This document shows positions 28,059 to 37,639 of a stretch of DNA of 64,000 bases, piece after piece. The stretch's first letter is position 1. Every line of letters begins with the position of its first letter. Below the pieces are notes generated by a model that had not been told where the DNA came from, searched no databases, and saw only the letters and a program-made list of their open reading frames with translations. The stretch is from Firmicutes bacterium HGW-Firmicutes-9. GTDB taxonomy: Bacteria > Bacillota > Clostridia > Christensenellales > CAG-138. The stretch lies in the NCBI GenBank assembly GCA_002841395.1, contig PGZM01000004.1, positions 71,842 through 135,841 of the forward strand, given 5' to 3'. The translations under genes were made by a program, and so were the position numbers.

Positions 28059-29306
28059 TTATTTGAGCTCTTTGACGGCGTCAATCAGCTTCGTGCCAAC
28101 GCTATCACCGTCCGCATAGAACGAGAGGATAACAGCGCCTTTTGCAGGTGTGCCGCTGGAATCCAGCGAGAAGGTGCCGGTCACGCAGGTGTATACAGCA
28201 GAGGTATCTGCCAGAGCTGCGCGGACGGCTTCCGGATCGGTGGAGCCAGCTTTTTCGATAGCTGCAATGTACATGAGGGCAGCATCATAACCCAGAGCTG
28301 CGAGTGCGGTCGGGGTAGAACCGTAAGCCGCTTCGTAAGCGGATACGAACGCCTGCACATTCGGGTCGGGGTTGGCTGCATCGTAATGGTTGGTCCAATA
28401 GACGTCATTGAAAGCGGTTAAGTCGGCACCAGCGGCAACATTGCCAGGGGTACCGTCGTATCCGTCAGCGCCCATGATGATGCCGGTGTAACCAGCTGCA
28501 CGGGCCTGGGTGACGACGTATGGGCCGATTACGCTGTAGTAATACGGCGCATACACGAACTGCACGCCCGAGCTCGCCATGGAGGCAAACTGGTTGGTGT
28601 AGTCCTGAACATCCAGAGAAGCGGTGGATTCAACAGCTTTGATCGTCAGACCATAGGTCTCGGCGGCAGCCGCGAAGGAGTCATACAGACCCTTGGAATA
28701 GGTGTCAGCCGCGCAGTAGACCACGCCGACTTCGGTGTAACCCGCGTTCTTTGCGTAGTAGGCTGCGATGGCGCCCTGGAAACCGTCTGCATAGCAGGAA
28801 CGGAACACGTAGTCGTCTTCGGTCGTGATGCTGTCAGCCGTCGAGGTGGGGGTCAGCAGGACGACGCCTTCCTCGTTGGCAGCACCGGTGATCGCGGAAG
28901 TGCAGCTCGAGGTGACGGAACCGACGATAAGACCAATACCCTGCGCGACAAGCGAGTTGAACGCGTTGAGGGTTTCGGACGGTTCACCCTGATCATCAAT
29001 GCTATTGACGATAATCTGCTGACCAAGGACACCGCCAGCTGCATTGGCTTCGTTAACAGCAAGATTGACTCCGTTGACTACAGCTACGCCGTATTCAGCA
29101 AGAGCACCGGTGTTGGGCGAGATCGTACCAAGGATAATGGGCTCGCTGAGGGCCTCGGGTGCTGCTGCTTCTTCGGCCGCGGGGGCTTCGGTTGCTTCAG
29201 CTGCGGGGGCTTCCGCCTCGGTGGCTGCCGGGGCGGCGGGTGCTGCACAGGCGACCACGCTGAACGCGAGGGCCAGGACGAGCAGCAAACTGAGAAGTTT
29301 CCTCAT
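28059..29306 (-). CDS. Branched-chain amino-acid type ABC substrate-binding lipoprotein, system 2
   Basis: Lipobox VVACAAP, Ala/Glu-rich linker, then a type I periplasmic-binding fold. Confidence 0.88.
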   Translation of the reverse strand: MRKLLSLLLVLALAFSVVACAAPAAPAATEAEAPAAEATEAPAAEEAAAPEALSEPIILGTISPNTGALAEYGVAVVNGVNLAVNEANAAGGVLGQQIIVNSIDDQGEPSETLNAFNSLVAQGIGLIVGSVTSSCTSAITGAANEEGVVLLTPTSTADSITTEDDYVFRSCYADGFQGAIAAYYAKNAGYTEVGVVYCAADTYSKGLYDSFAAAAETYGLTIKAVESTASLDVQDYTNQFASMASSGVQFVYAPYYYSVIGPYVVTQARAAGYTGIIMGADGYDGTPGNVAAGADLTAFNDVYWTNHYDAANPDPNVQAFVSAYEAAYGSTPTALAALGYDAALMYIAAIEKAGSTDPEAVRAALADTSAVYTCVTGTFSLDSSGTPAKGAVILSFYADGDSVGTKLIDAVKELK

Positions 29307-29388
29307 TTTGAATTCCTCCTTCGATAATAAACAAAAATGGCTATGACTATCTCGTTAGTAATAATCACACGCCAATGTGTTATGCATG

Positions 29389-29417
29389 ATTATAAAGAAC
29401 AGAGAATGCATTGTCAA
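29389..29417 (-). promoter_or_regulatory. Consensus promoter of liv operon 2
   Basis: Minus-strand TTGACA, 17 nt spacer, TATAAT. Perfect hexamers. Confidence 0.65.
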
Positions 29418-29833
29418 TATATTATATATGTTTAATTCTGGTTAATATTTTTGGTTTTTTTCTACAAAACGCGCTTTCCCGCAACAGATTGGGAGGAGAA
29501 TGTATAAAAACGGAAAAAGCGCGGTATTATGCGTGCAGAGCTTGCATCGGGATGATTGGTTTTCCCATCCCGCATCTATGCGATTGCGGAATCGAATACG
29601 CAAAATAATGTTAATTTGTTGCCATGACACAGAAAAAATGCGTGATTTTCTGTGAAATCAGAATGCATAAAAAACGACTTTAAGCATATTAATGCATTGT
29701 GGACAACTTCATGCGTTTCCGGACAAACCTTCGGTAAGAAGAAAACACTTTTGTTGCTACTGCGTTCTGTTATAATGAAGGAAAGGCAGAATCGATGCCA
29801 AATTGTGTACCATTACAAAAAGGAGAATTCGCC

Positions 29834-30199
29834 ATGTTTCGCTTTAATCACTTCAATTTCAATGTTCGAGACCTCAATACGAGCCTCGATTTCTACAAAA
29901 AAGCGTTGGGGCTTTCCCCGCTGCGCACGGTGGACAACGACGATTTCACGCTCGTGTTTCTGGGCGACGGCAGCGGCACGTTTTCGCTGGAGCTGACCTA
30001 CCTCAAGGCGCGTACGGAAGCCTATGATATCGGCGAGGCAGAGTTTCACCTCGCGCTGACGACGGACGATATGGTAGCCGCACGCAAACTGCACGAGGAG
30101 ATGGGCTGCGTCGTGTTCGTCAACGAGAACATGGGCATCTATTTCATCGAAGATCCGGACGGATACTGGATTGAGATCATCCCTGAGAAGAAACGTTAA
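29834..30199 (+). CDS. VOC/glyoxalase-family protein (lactoylglutathione-lyase-like)
   Basis: MFRFNHFNFNVRDLNTSLDFY...HLAL...DPDGYWIEI. ATG at 29834 behind AAAGGAG. Extended -10 TGTTATAAT at 29768-29776. Confidence 0.84.
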   Translation: MFRFNHFNFNVRDLNTSLDFYKKALGLSPLRTVDNDDFTLVFLGDGSGTFSLELTYLKARTEAYDIGEAEFHLALTTDDMVAARKLHEEMGCVVFVNENMGIYFIEDPDGYWIEIIPEKKR

Positions 30200-30203
30200 A
30201 AGA

Positions 30204-30231
30204 CAACAAAAAAGGCACACCGCAGTGTGCC
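30204..30231 (-). terminator. Terminator serving the minus-strand HExxH gene
   Basis: GGCACAC-CGCA-GTGTGCC. A U-run follows only on the minus strand. Confidence 0.6.
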
Positions 30232-30235
30232 CCAG

Positions 30236-30265
30236 CCCGCCGGACAGTCCGGCGGGTTCTTTTTA
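30236..30265 (+). terminator. Terminator serving the plus-strand VOC gene
   Basis: CCCGCCGGA-CAG-TCCGGCGGG followed by TTCTTTTT. Confidence 0.7.
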
Positions 30266-30273
30266 TATTGGTT

Positions 30274-31062
30274 CTATTCGGAATACGCGTCTTTGACGAA
30301 CGCTGTCCACGACTGGTAGATCGACGCTTCGTCAATGCCGAATGCGGTCTGATAGTCGCCGTCTTTGGCAAATGATTTGACCGCATCCCAACCGTAGGCG
30401 TTGGCGAGGTATTCGACATAGGTGTAGGAATACTCGTATCCGCTGAAGTTTGCAAATGTGACGGGCGCAAGAGGACCCGCGACATGTGTCTGTTCCAACG
30501 TGGGCAGGGGAGCATACGTTGCAACCGGATAGCTCGGCTTTTGTCCGGAAAGATATCCCGCGAGGCCGTTGTCCACCCAATAGGTCATCTTCGGGTTGAG
30601 CAGGCTGTTGTATGCGTGCACGAGCTCGTGCAGCGCCGCGGTGCGGTTGTCTTCATAGGTGTGCGCGGGGCCGGGATTTGCAGGCGAAGTGAGCAGTACG
30701 CGCGCGCCGATGTTGTCGCCGATGTACCAGTCGAGGTGCAAAAGCGGCGCAACCAGCCCGTACTTCTTGGTCTGCATGACGCTCTGCTGATCGTAGATGA
30801 AGATCTCCACGGGTTTCGTCTGCTGCAATCCAAGCAGATCGGCGAGTTCGCCGCCGCGCGTTTCAGCAAGCGAGAAGACATCCTCCGCCGCGGCCTGCTC
30901 GGTTTCGTAAAACACGGTCACATATTCGCCGGTGAGCTGCTGCATGCCCGGCGTCTTCAGCGAGAAGGTCGGGAAGAAGTTGACGAGCGCAAGCAGCACA
31001 AGCGCCGCCAGCACAAAGGCAGCGGCGCGGAGAATTTTGGATAATATGGATCGTTTCTTCAT
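30274..31062 (-). CDS. Membrane-anchored HExxH protein (peptidase MA-like)
   Basis: N-terminal TM anchor. HELVH motif followed by WVDNGLAGYL, reminiscent of the Peptidase_MA_2 layout. Confidence 0.6.
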   Translation of the reverse strand: MKKRSILSKILRAAAFVLAALVLLALVNFFPTFSLKTPGMQQLTGEYVTVFYETEQAAAEDVFSLAETRGGELADLLGLQQTKPVEIFIYDQQSVMQTKKYGLVAPLLHLDWYIGDNIGARVLLTSPANPGPAHTYEDNRTAALHELVHAYNSLLNPKMTYWVDNGLAGYLSGQKPSYPVATYAPLPTLEQTHVAGPLAPVTFANFSGYEYSYTYVEYLANAYGWDAVKSFAKDGDYQTAFGIDEASIYQSWTAFVKDAYSE

Positions 31063-31082
31063 CGATCTCTCCTGAATTTTAC

Positions 31083-32594
31083 TTACTCAAACGAGCGGAA
31101 ATACGTTCTGTCCTTGAGCATGACGTCGTGCGCGCCACCTTCGGCGAGTGTCGCTGCGGAGACGAGCGTGAGCCGCGCTTTTTCGCGCAGTTCGGGGATG
31201 CTCAGCGCGCCGCAGTTGCACATCGTCGAGCGCACTTTGCTCAGCGTCTGTTCGACGTTGTGGTGCAGTGTGCCCGCGTAGGGGACATAGCTGTCCACAC
31301 CCTCTTCGAAGGTGAGTTTCGCTTCGCCGCCGCTGTCATAGCGCTGCCAGTTGCGCGCACGGGCGCTACCTTCGCCCCAGTATTCCTTCATATAACTGCC
31401 GTTGATGAAGACCTTGCTCGTCGGGCTCTCGTCACAGCGGGCGAAATAGCGGCCCAGCATGCAGAAATCCGCGCCCATCGCGAGCGCAAGCGTCACGTGA
31501 TAATCCAGCACAATGCCGCCGTCGGAGCAGACGGGCACATAGATGCCGGTTTCCTTGGCGTACTGGTCGCGTGCGGCTGCGACGTCCTGTACGGCGGTCG
31601 CCTGACCGCGGCCGATGCCCTTTGCTTCACGCGTGATGCAAATGCTGCCGCCGCCGATGCCGACCTTAACGAAGTCCGCGCCTGCGTCCGCAAGATAGCG
31701 GAACCCGTCTGCGTCTACGATGTTGCCCGCGCCGACCTTGACCTTGTCGCCGTAGCGGGAGCGGATGAACGCGATGGTGCGCGCCTGCCATTCGGTGAAG
31801 CCTTCGGAGGAATCGATGCAGAGAATATCGGCGCCCGCTTCGACCAGCGCGGGTACGCGTTCTTCATAGTCTCTCGTATTGATGCCCGCGCCGACGATAT
31901 AGCGCTTCTGGCTATCCAGTAGTTCGCCGGGGTTTTCTTTGTGGGAATCATAATCCTTGCGGAAGACGAAACAAACCATGTTGCCGTCTTTGTTGACGAT
32001 GGGCAGCGCGTTGAGCTTGTGCTCCCAGATGATATCGTTGGCTTCGGTGAGCGAGATACCTTCCTTGCCGTAAACGAGCCGGTCGATGGGCGTCATGAAG
32101 TCCTTCACCTGCGCTTCGGGTTCCATGCGGCTGGGACGATAATCACGGCTGGTCACGATGCCGAGGAGCTTGCCATAGGGCGTGCCGTCCTCTGTCACTG
32201 CGACGGTGGAGTGCCCCGTTTTCGCTTTGAGCGCCATGATGTCCGCCATCGTGTGCAACGGGGTTACATTGCTGTCGCTTCCGACAAAGCCAGACTTCGA
32301 TTTTTTCACCGCACGCACCATGTTTGCCTGGGATTCGATGGGCTGCGAGACGAACAGGAACGAGATGCCGCCTTCGCGCGCGAGCGCCGCTGCGAGCTTT
32401 TCGCCGGAGACGGACTGCATCACTGCGGAGACCAGCGGAATGCTCATGTTCAGCGGGCTTTGTTCCCCGACGCGATGCTTGCAGATCGGCGTTTTGAGCG
32501 AGACGTTCTGCGGCGAACATTCGGTGGAAGAGAAACTCGGCACCAGCAGGTATTCGGAAAACGTATGTGAGGGTTCGTCAAAAAAATAGGCCAT
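31083..32594 (-). CDS. guaB: IMP dehydrogenase
   Basis: 503 aa. CBS-pair insert. Catalytic loop [14 protein letters not shown]-terminal flap region. Confidence 0.86.
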   Translation of the reverse strand: MAYFFDEPSHTFSEYLLVPSFSSTECSPQNVSLKTPICKHRVGEQSPLNMSIPLVSAVMQSVSGEKLAAALAREGGISFLFVSQPIESQANMVRAVKKSKSGFVGSDSNVTPLHTMADIMALKAKTGHSTVAVTEDGTPYGKLLGIVTSRDYRPSRMEPEAQVKDFMTPIDRLVYGKEGISLTEANDIIWEHKLNALPIVNKDGNMVCFVFRKDYDSHKENPGELLDSQKRYIVGAGINTRDYEERVPALVEAGADILCIDSSEGFTEWQARTIAFIRSRYGDKVKVGAGNIVDADGFRYLADAGADFVKVGIGGGSICITREAKGIGRGQATAVQDVAAARDQYAKETGIYVPVCSDGGIVLDYHVTLALAMGADFCMLGRYFARCDESPTSKVFINGSYMKEYWGEGSARARNWQRYDSGGEAKLTFEEGVDSYVPYAGTLHHNVEQTLSKVRSTMCNCGALSIPELREKARLTLVSAATLAEGGAHDVMLKDRTYFRSFE

Positions 32595-32903
32595 GGCGGT
32601 TCCTTTCGGTCGGCTTTGCGGTCATCTTGCGGATACGTGTCCCGCGATGGCTGCGTTTCGTTTCGTAAGAGTATACGCCCGAATGGGGCACAGAGAAACC
32701 CCTGAATTATTTGTTCCGTATTGCTGGACATAGATTCAGCTATACGCAACGACTACATCACGCAAATTGCTGATGCAGATATTATAATATGATACAATCA
32801 AAAAAACAAACACATGGTCAGCATCGCGCAACAGTCGCTGGTTTGATCCAGATGTTGCGCACATGCAAGCGCACAAGCGCGCTATAGATAGGAGGAGATA
32901 TAG

Positions 32904-33686
32904 ATGCCCGATAACGGACACAAAGTGCAGGCGGTGGGAAAAGCGATTGCGCTGCTGGACTGCTTTTGGCGGGAGAAGAGGTCTCTTTCGCTGACCGAGC
33001 TGAGCCGTATGACCGGCTGGCCCAAGAGCACGGTACACAACCTGCTCGCCTCTATGATCGACTCCGCGGTGGTGGAGCAAAGCCCTGCGGACGGGAAATA
33101 TCGCTTGGGGCTGCACTTGTTTGAGTATGGCTGCACGATCTCCGAACACTGGAATGTCGTCAAGCTCGCCCGCCCGCATCTCAACGCACTGGTTGCAAAA
33201 TCGGGTGAGTCGGTCTATCTTGCGTCACTGAATGCGGATACGCTGCTCATCGTCGACAGCGCAGAGCCGAACAACGTCTTTCGCGTGGCGTCGACGGTCG
33301 GCAACCGTTTGCCCGTGCACTGCACCTCGCAGGGCAAGGCAATCCTCGCGCACCAGGACGCAAACAGCGTGAAAAGAATCCTCAAGCGAGCGGGCATGAA
33401 GAGTTATACTGTTGACACCATCAAATCGCCGGAAGCGTATCTCGAGCAGCTTGAGATTGTGCGACGGGAAGGATTGGCCTCCGAGTATGAGGAGTATCAC
33501 AACGGCATGTGTTCGTTTGCATCTCCGATCTTTGACTATGAGGGCGTCTGCACCTCTGCGGTCGGCATCGTCTGCTTCCTGCATTCGGGTGAGCGCAAGG
33601 CTGCGGTTTCGGAAGAAACGCTGCAGGCGTTGAAGAACACGGCGGAAGCGATTTCAACTGAGCTTGGCTGGCACGGACACAGTTGA
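32904..33686 (+). CDS. IclR-family transcriptional regulator
   Basis: N-terminal wHTH (LSLTELSRMTGWPKSTVHNLL) plus an IclR effector domain. AGGAGG RBS. Confidence 0.86.
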   Translation: MPDNGHKVQAVGKAIALLDCFWREKRSLSLTELSRMTGWPKSTVHNLLASMIDSAVVEQSPADGKYRLGLHLFEYGCTISEHWNVVKLARPHLNALVAKSGESVYLASLNADTLLIVDSAEPNNVFRVASTVGNRLPVHCTSQGKAILAHQDANSVKRILKRAGMKSYTVDTIKSPEAYLEQLEIVRREGLASEYEEYHNGMCSFASPIFDYEGVCTSAVGIVCFLHSGERKAAVSEETLQALKNTAEAISTELGWHGHS

Positions 33687-33715
33687 GCGATCCTGATAGA
33701 TCAGATACATGGCAA

Positions 33716-33748
33716 GACAAAAGCTCTCCCGATTCGGGAGAGCTTTTT
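33716..33748. terminator. Bidirectional terminator
   Basis: AAAGCTCTCCCG-ATT-CGGGAGAGCTTT with an A-run and a T-run on the flanks. Confidence 0.8.
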
Positions 33749-33784
33749 GCTCGCGTAAAATACACAGATATTTACCAATATACG

Positions 33785-36418
33785 TTAGAACGGATAGATC
33801 GGCGGGAAGCGCCAGAGGAACACGATCCGCTTGAGCCCCTTCATCCGCGCGGGCAAGGCAGAGACCAGCGAGTTCGCAAAGGCAAGCACCTCTTCGCGCT
33901 CTTTTTTGCTAGATGTTCTGCCGGAGAACGTCGCGCGTTGCGCAATCAGCAGAACGGATTCCATCTTTGCCCGGTCAACAGCGGGCATCTGCCGCGCAAC
34001 CTTGTAGGCATACTGTTCCTGCGACTCCATCGCCTGCATCATGGGAGCGCCCGCGGCGCGCAGCATGCGCAGCGCGAATCGCATCGCGGCGAGGACGGCG
34101 GCGTTCGCGTCCTTTTGCATGAAGGTGCGCAAGAGTCGCTCATGATGGAATTTCCGGTAACCAAACGCGCCAAGCGGAATGCTTACAGCCGCAAGCAGCG
34201 CAAAGATCGGCCAGAGCGGCGGACGCGGGACAGAAGCGCCGACATCCTCGGTGGTGTCGTCGCCCTCCGGCGTCGTGCTGCCGTCCTGTGTGCCGTCGTC
34301 CGTCGGCGCGGGCGTTGGCGTACTCTGCGCAGCGGCCGCATCCTCGTTTTCCGGCGTTGCATCCGGGTCGGGCGTGGTGCCGTCCGGCGGGAGCGTCGGT
34401 TCCGGCGATGGTGTGGGGGTCGGTTCCGGCGTCGGCGTCGGGGTCGGCTCCGCGGTGGGTTCGGGTGTATCCTGACTAAACGACGGCGTGGTCAACTCGC
34501 TCGGATCGCCGGAAGCGTCCGGCGAGGGACTGTTGCTGCTCGACGCGGTCTTGGTCATCTCGACCGGAACCCACTCCAGCAGCGAGGGATCGAATACTTC
34601 AACCCAGGCGTGCGCGTGCGTGTCCTCGATTTCGATGAAGCCCTCCGCATCCGGCTGCTTTTCGTAATCCTTCTGTATTACGATATACCCTTCCGCATAG
34701 CGCGCGGGGATGCCGAGCGCGCGCAGGAGGATGGTTCCTGTCGTGGCGAAATGCACGCAGTAGCCGCTCTTTGCCTCCTGTAAAAACCAGGTGGCAAAGT
34801 CCGCGCCTTCCGGCATCACCGGCGGGGAATAGTCATAGTTGCACTGCTGCGCAAGAAGCGTGCGCACCTGCTGGCACGTCTGCGCGAGATTCAGCTCGCT
34901 TCCGTTGTAGACGAGTTGTATGCCATAGGTCGAAAGCAGCGTCTGTGCCGCGGCATATGTGTCGTCCGGAAGCTGGGTATACACGTCAAACAGATACTCG
35001 ACATAGCGATCCGCGTCGTTTCGCACGGCGCTTGCCGCGCTGTTGTCCGCGTTGTAAAGCCCGTCCGCCTTGCCGATGGATTTTTCGTAGGCGCTCTGAA
35101 GCCCGTCATCCGCATGGGATACGTTATACAACGCCATATCGACGGGAATCGCATCAAGCGTGTATTCCGAAGAGGACTCCGAGGAGCCGAACGCCAGCGC
35201 GGTATCCTGCACATAGCCCGCGTTGGGGATTGCGTCCGCGCGCGTGATCAGCCCCGGCGGCGTCCAGATCGAGAGCGGCGTGGCGGCGATATTGCGCACG
35301 GTGAGCGTGAAATAGTTGTTCAGCTCTCCGCTGGCCTCGAGCGCCGCCGCGTGCAGATTCTGCGGCGCGATATCGACGCTGGTCGAAAGATTGGAAAAGT
35401 CCGAGTTGGAGACGTTTCCCCAGCCATTATCGGTATAGATCGCGCCGGCATAATCGCGCAGATACAGCGAGGATTCGTTGGAGACGCGTATCTTGAGCGC
35501 AGTTGCGCCCGTGAAGCGAATCGCGGACAGACTGGTCAAATCTCCGCGCGTGAGGCCGTCGTTGCTGCGCCAGAATGCGTCCTTGCCGATATCCAGCGAA
35601 AAAATCTTTTGTTGGAGCGACTCAATCGCTTCCGGCCGCTCGTAGCCCTCCTGCGGGAGCACGACCCCGGAAAGCAGCGCGGCGATGGCGATGATCGGCA
35701 GCGCAAGCAGAGAGAGTGAATATTGCGCCGCGCGCTGCGCCGCCTGATTTGCCTTGCGCCGGCTTTGCGGCACGTAGACACCGGCACGCAGCGTCGTCTG
35801 CGCGCGGCGGGCGTTGTTGAACGCAAACACCATCAGATGCGCCGCAAACAGCATGAAAAACGGTAGCCGCGCAGGGGAGAGTAGATAGAACGGCGCGGGA
35901 ACCAGCAGCGGCAGCGTGGAGAGCGCAAGCCCCGGCACGCTCGGCTGGCTGACGATGAAGAACGCCGAGAGGAACGACACGAAAAACAGGATCAACTGCA
36001 TTGCGCGCGTCATGAGCAGCATGGCTTCGTCCGCCATCGCGGGCTTGAGCAGCATCTGCATCAAATCCGGCATCCGCAGTTCCAGCGGTGTCGTCACCCG
36101 CTCGATCAGCAGCAGCACGCCCTGCAGGAGATCGCCTGCGTTGACGGCGATGTATGCGATGCCGCCAACCAGGCAAAGGATCGCGAATAAACCGCTCTTT
36201 GGCAGCGTAAACACCGCAAGAAACAGCAGCGAAAACGCAATAGCGGTCATGACCAGCGTACCGGTCGGTAGATCGAGCGTATAGCTGCTCAATACGCAAA
36301 ACACAAAGCCGAGCACGGCGAGCAGAACGACGACGAGCTGCTGCAACAGCCGCAGAATGATGGCGGGCGCGCCTTCCCGCACGGGAGTTCGGCGGGCTTT
36401 CTTCGCTTTTTCGCTCAT
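33785..36418 (-). CDS. Multi-pass membrane transglutaminase-like protein
   Basis: Core GYCVHFATTGTILLRALGIPARYAEGY ... HAWVEVF. Pro/Thr-rich linker. C-terminal TM. Confidence 0.84.
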   Translation of the reverse strand: MSEKAKKARRTPVREGAPAIILRLLQQLVVVLLAVLGFVFCVLSSYTLDLPTGTLVMTAIAFSLLFLAVFTLPKSGLFAILCLVGGIAYIAVNAGDLLQGVLLLIERVTTPLELRMPDLMQMLLKPAMADEAMLLMTRAMQLILFFVSFLSAFFIVSQPSVPGLALSTLPLLVPAPFYLLSPARLPFFMLFAAHLMVFAFNNARRAQTTLRAGVYVPQSRRKANQAAQRAAQYSLSLLALPIIAIAALLSGVVLPQEGYERPEAIESLQQKIFSLDIGKDAFWRSNDGLTRGDLTSLSAIRFTGATALKIRVSNESSLYLRDYAGAIYTDNGWGNVSNSDFSNLSTSVDIAPQNLHAAALEASGELNNYFTLTVRNIAATPLSIWTPPGLITRADAIPNAGYVQDTALAFGSSESSSEYTLDAIPVDMALYNVSHADDGLQSAYEKSIGKADGLYNADNSAASAVRNDADRYVEYLFDVYTQLPDDTYAAAQTLLSTYGIQLVYNGSELNLAQTCQQVRTLLAQQCNYDYSPPVMPEGADFATWFLQEAKSGYCVHFATTGTILLRALGIPARYAEGYIVIQKDYEKQPDAEGFIEIEDTHAHAWVEVFDPSLLEWVPVEMTKTASSSNSPSPDASGDPSELTTPSFSQDTPEPTAEPTPTPTPEPTPTPSPEPTLPPDGTTPDPDATPENEDAAAAQSTPTPAPTDDGTQDGSTTPEGDDTTEDVGASVPRPPLWPIFALLAAVSIPLGAFGYRKFHHERLLRTFMQKDANAAVLAAMRFALRMLRAAGAPMMQAMESQEQYAYKVARQMPAVDRAKMESVLLIAQRATFSGRTSSKKEREEVLAFANSLVSALPARMKGLKRIVFLWRFPPIYPF

Positions 36419-37635
36419 GCGTCCGCCTCCGTTTCCGCGCCGGGGACGCTGCCGTCGAGCAGCTGAACCTCGCAGCCAAGGTCGCGTATAGCATCGGCGG
36501 TGTCGTTATCACAGACGTATGGCATTAGCGTGAGCCGTCTGCATGCGCCAATGGTGGTCATGGTGGCAAGAAGTCTAGCGCCCGCTTCGTCCTCTGCGGC
36601 GCGGTAGACGCTGCCTGCAACCAGATAGATAAGGTGCGTGTCCTCGCGCGCGCCGCCTTCGGTTGCGAATCGTTCCAGCGTGCTCCAGCGCGCCTGCCCC
36701 GGCAGGGCGAGCAGGTCGTGCAACACGCTCGCGAGCGCTTCCGGTCCGGTGACGGGCATGGTGCAAAGTCCGCCCTCCTCGCCGATCCAGCTGATGGAGT
36801 GCATGATCTCGCGTGCCATGAGATATTCAGAAAACGCGAGCATGGTGCCGATCATGGCTTCCGCCGCGTCTGGCGTGGAATCCTCACGCAGCTCCAGTAA
36901 AAAGTGAAGAGACGGGTTCAACGGCAGGCCAAACTCGCGCACGATCAGGCGGTTCATGCGGCTAGAAAGCTTCCAGTGCACGCTGTGGCGCGGGTCGCCC
37001 TCGCGATAGTCGCGCAGCTGGAAGATTTCGGAAGGATCGCCGCCCGCCTTTTGCGTCGAATAATGCGCGCTGTCGAGTCCCAGATCGGCGGCTTCGTCGG
37101 TCTGGATGCTGCGGCTCTGCAGCTCCGGCAGCACATAGACGCTGCCCGCGGGCGTTGCTCCGTTCTTTGGCGAAACATTCAGCGCAAACAGACCGAGCGT
37201 ATCGAGCACCTGTACGCGCCAGATAGACAGATCGACCCTGCCGCAATGCGCCATCTTGACCGAAGGCTCCATCGCGTGCGCGCGCATCGGACCTAGCGGA
37301 AACTGCACGACGTCCTCGGCGGACTCGGTGTAGCGATCGCCAACGCGTCCAAGCGCGTTATGCCGCTCCAGTGTGAAGCGCACGCCGGCGCAGGGAAACG
37401 GGCTGTTGTTGCGCGCGGAGAGGCGGATGCCGCAGACGCCCTTTGGCATGATGTCGTCCTCAATCTCCAGCGCGTAACGCAGATTTTTTCGCATGGGAAG
37501 CGCTGCCAGCAGTGAAACTACGGGCAGTAAAACGAGAAATATGAGCAACAGGTGGAACAGATACAGGTCGAACAGAACAAACAAAATAAACGCGAAAAAT
37601 AACGCGTAGATGTAGAGAACCCGGTTTCCGGCCAT
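36415..37635 (-). CDS. DUF58-family protein
   Basis: LRDYREGDPRHSVHWKLSSRMNRLIVREF motif. Start uncertain: ATG at 37635 or GTG at 37677. The stop overlaps the transglutaminase ATG. Confidence 0.8.
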   Translation of the reverse strand: MAGNRVLYIYALFFAFILFVLFDLYLFHLLLIFLVLLPVVSLLAALPMRKNLRYALEIEDDIMPKGVCGIRLSARNNSPFPCAGVRFTLERHNALGRVGDRYTESAEDVVQFPLGPMRAHAMEPSVKMAHCGRVDLSIWRVQVLDTLGLFALNVSPKNGATPAGSVYVLPELQSRSIQTDEAADLGLDSAHYSTQKAGGDPSEIFQLRDYREGDPRHSVHWKLSSRMNRLIVREFGLPLNPSLHFLLELREDSTPDAAEAMIGTMLAFSEYLMAREIMHSISWIGEEGGLCTMPVTGPEALASVLHDLLALPGQARWSTLERFATEGGAREDTHLIYLVAGSVYRAAEDEAGARLLATMTTIGACRRLTLMPYVCDNDTADAIRDLGCEVQLLDGSVPGAETEADA

Positions 37636-37639
37636 GGAA

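Noticed and set aside
29644-29659. GATTTTCTGTGAAATC considered as a CodY box near liv operon 2.
   Set aside because: It is one base too long and mismatches the AATTTTCWGAAAATT consensus. It lies about 230 bp upstream of the liv-2 promoter. The match is too weak to call.
32595-32903. Looked for a purine or guanine riboswitch in the 309-bp leader upstream of IMP dehydrogenase.
   Set aside because: The conserved purine-aptamer loops and junction (UAUAAU...GGAUAUGG...CCGUAAA..GACUA) are absent on the minus strand. Only small generic hairpins are present.
34290-34480. Repetitive Pro/Thr/Glu-coding stretch considered as a DNA tandem repeat or contingency locus.
   Set aside because: The repeats are imperfect at the DNA level and in frame within the transglutaminase gene. 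This is a low-complexity linker, like those in the lipoprotein at 246-1079 and the SBP at 28059-29306.
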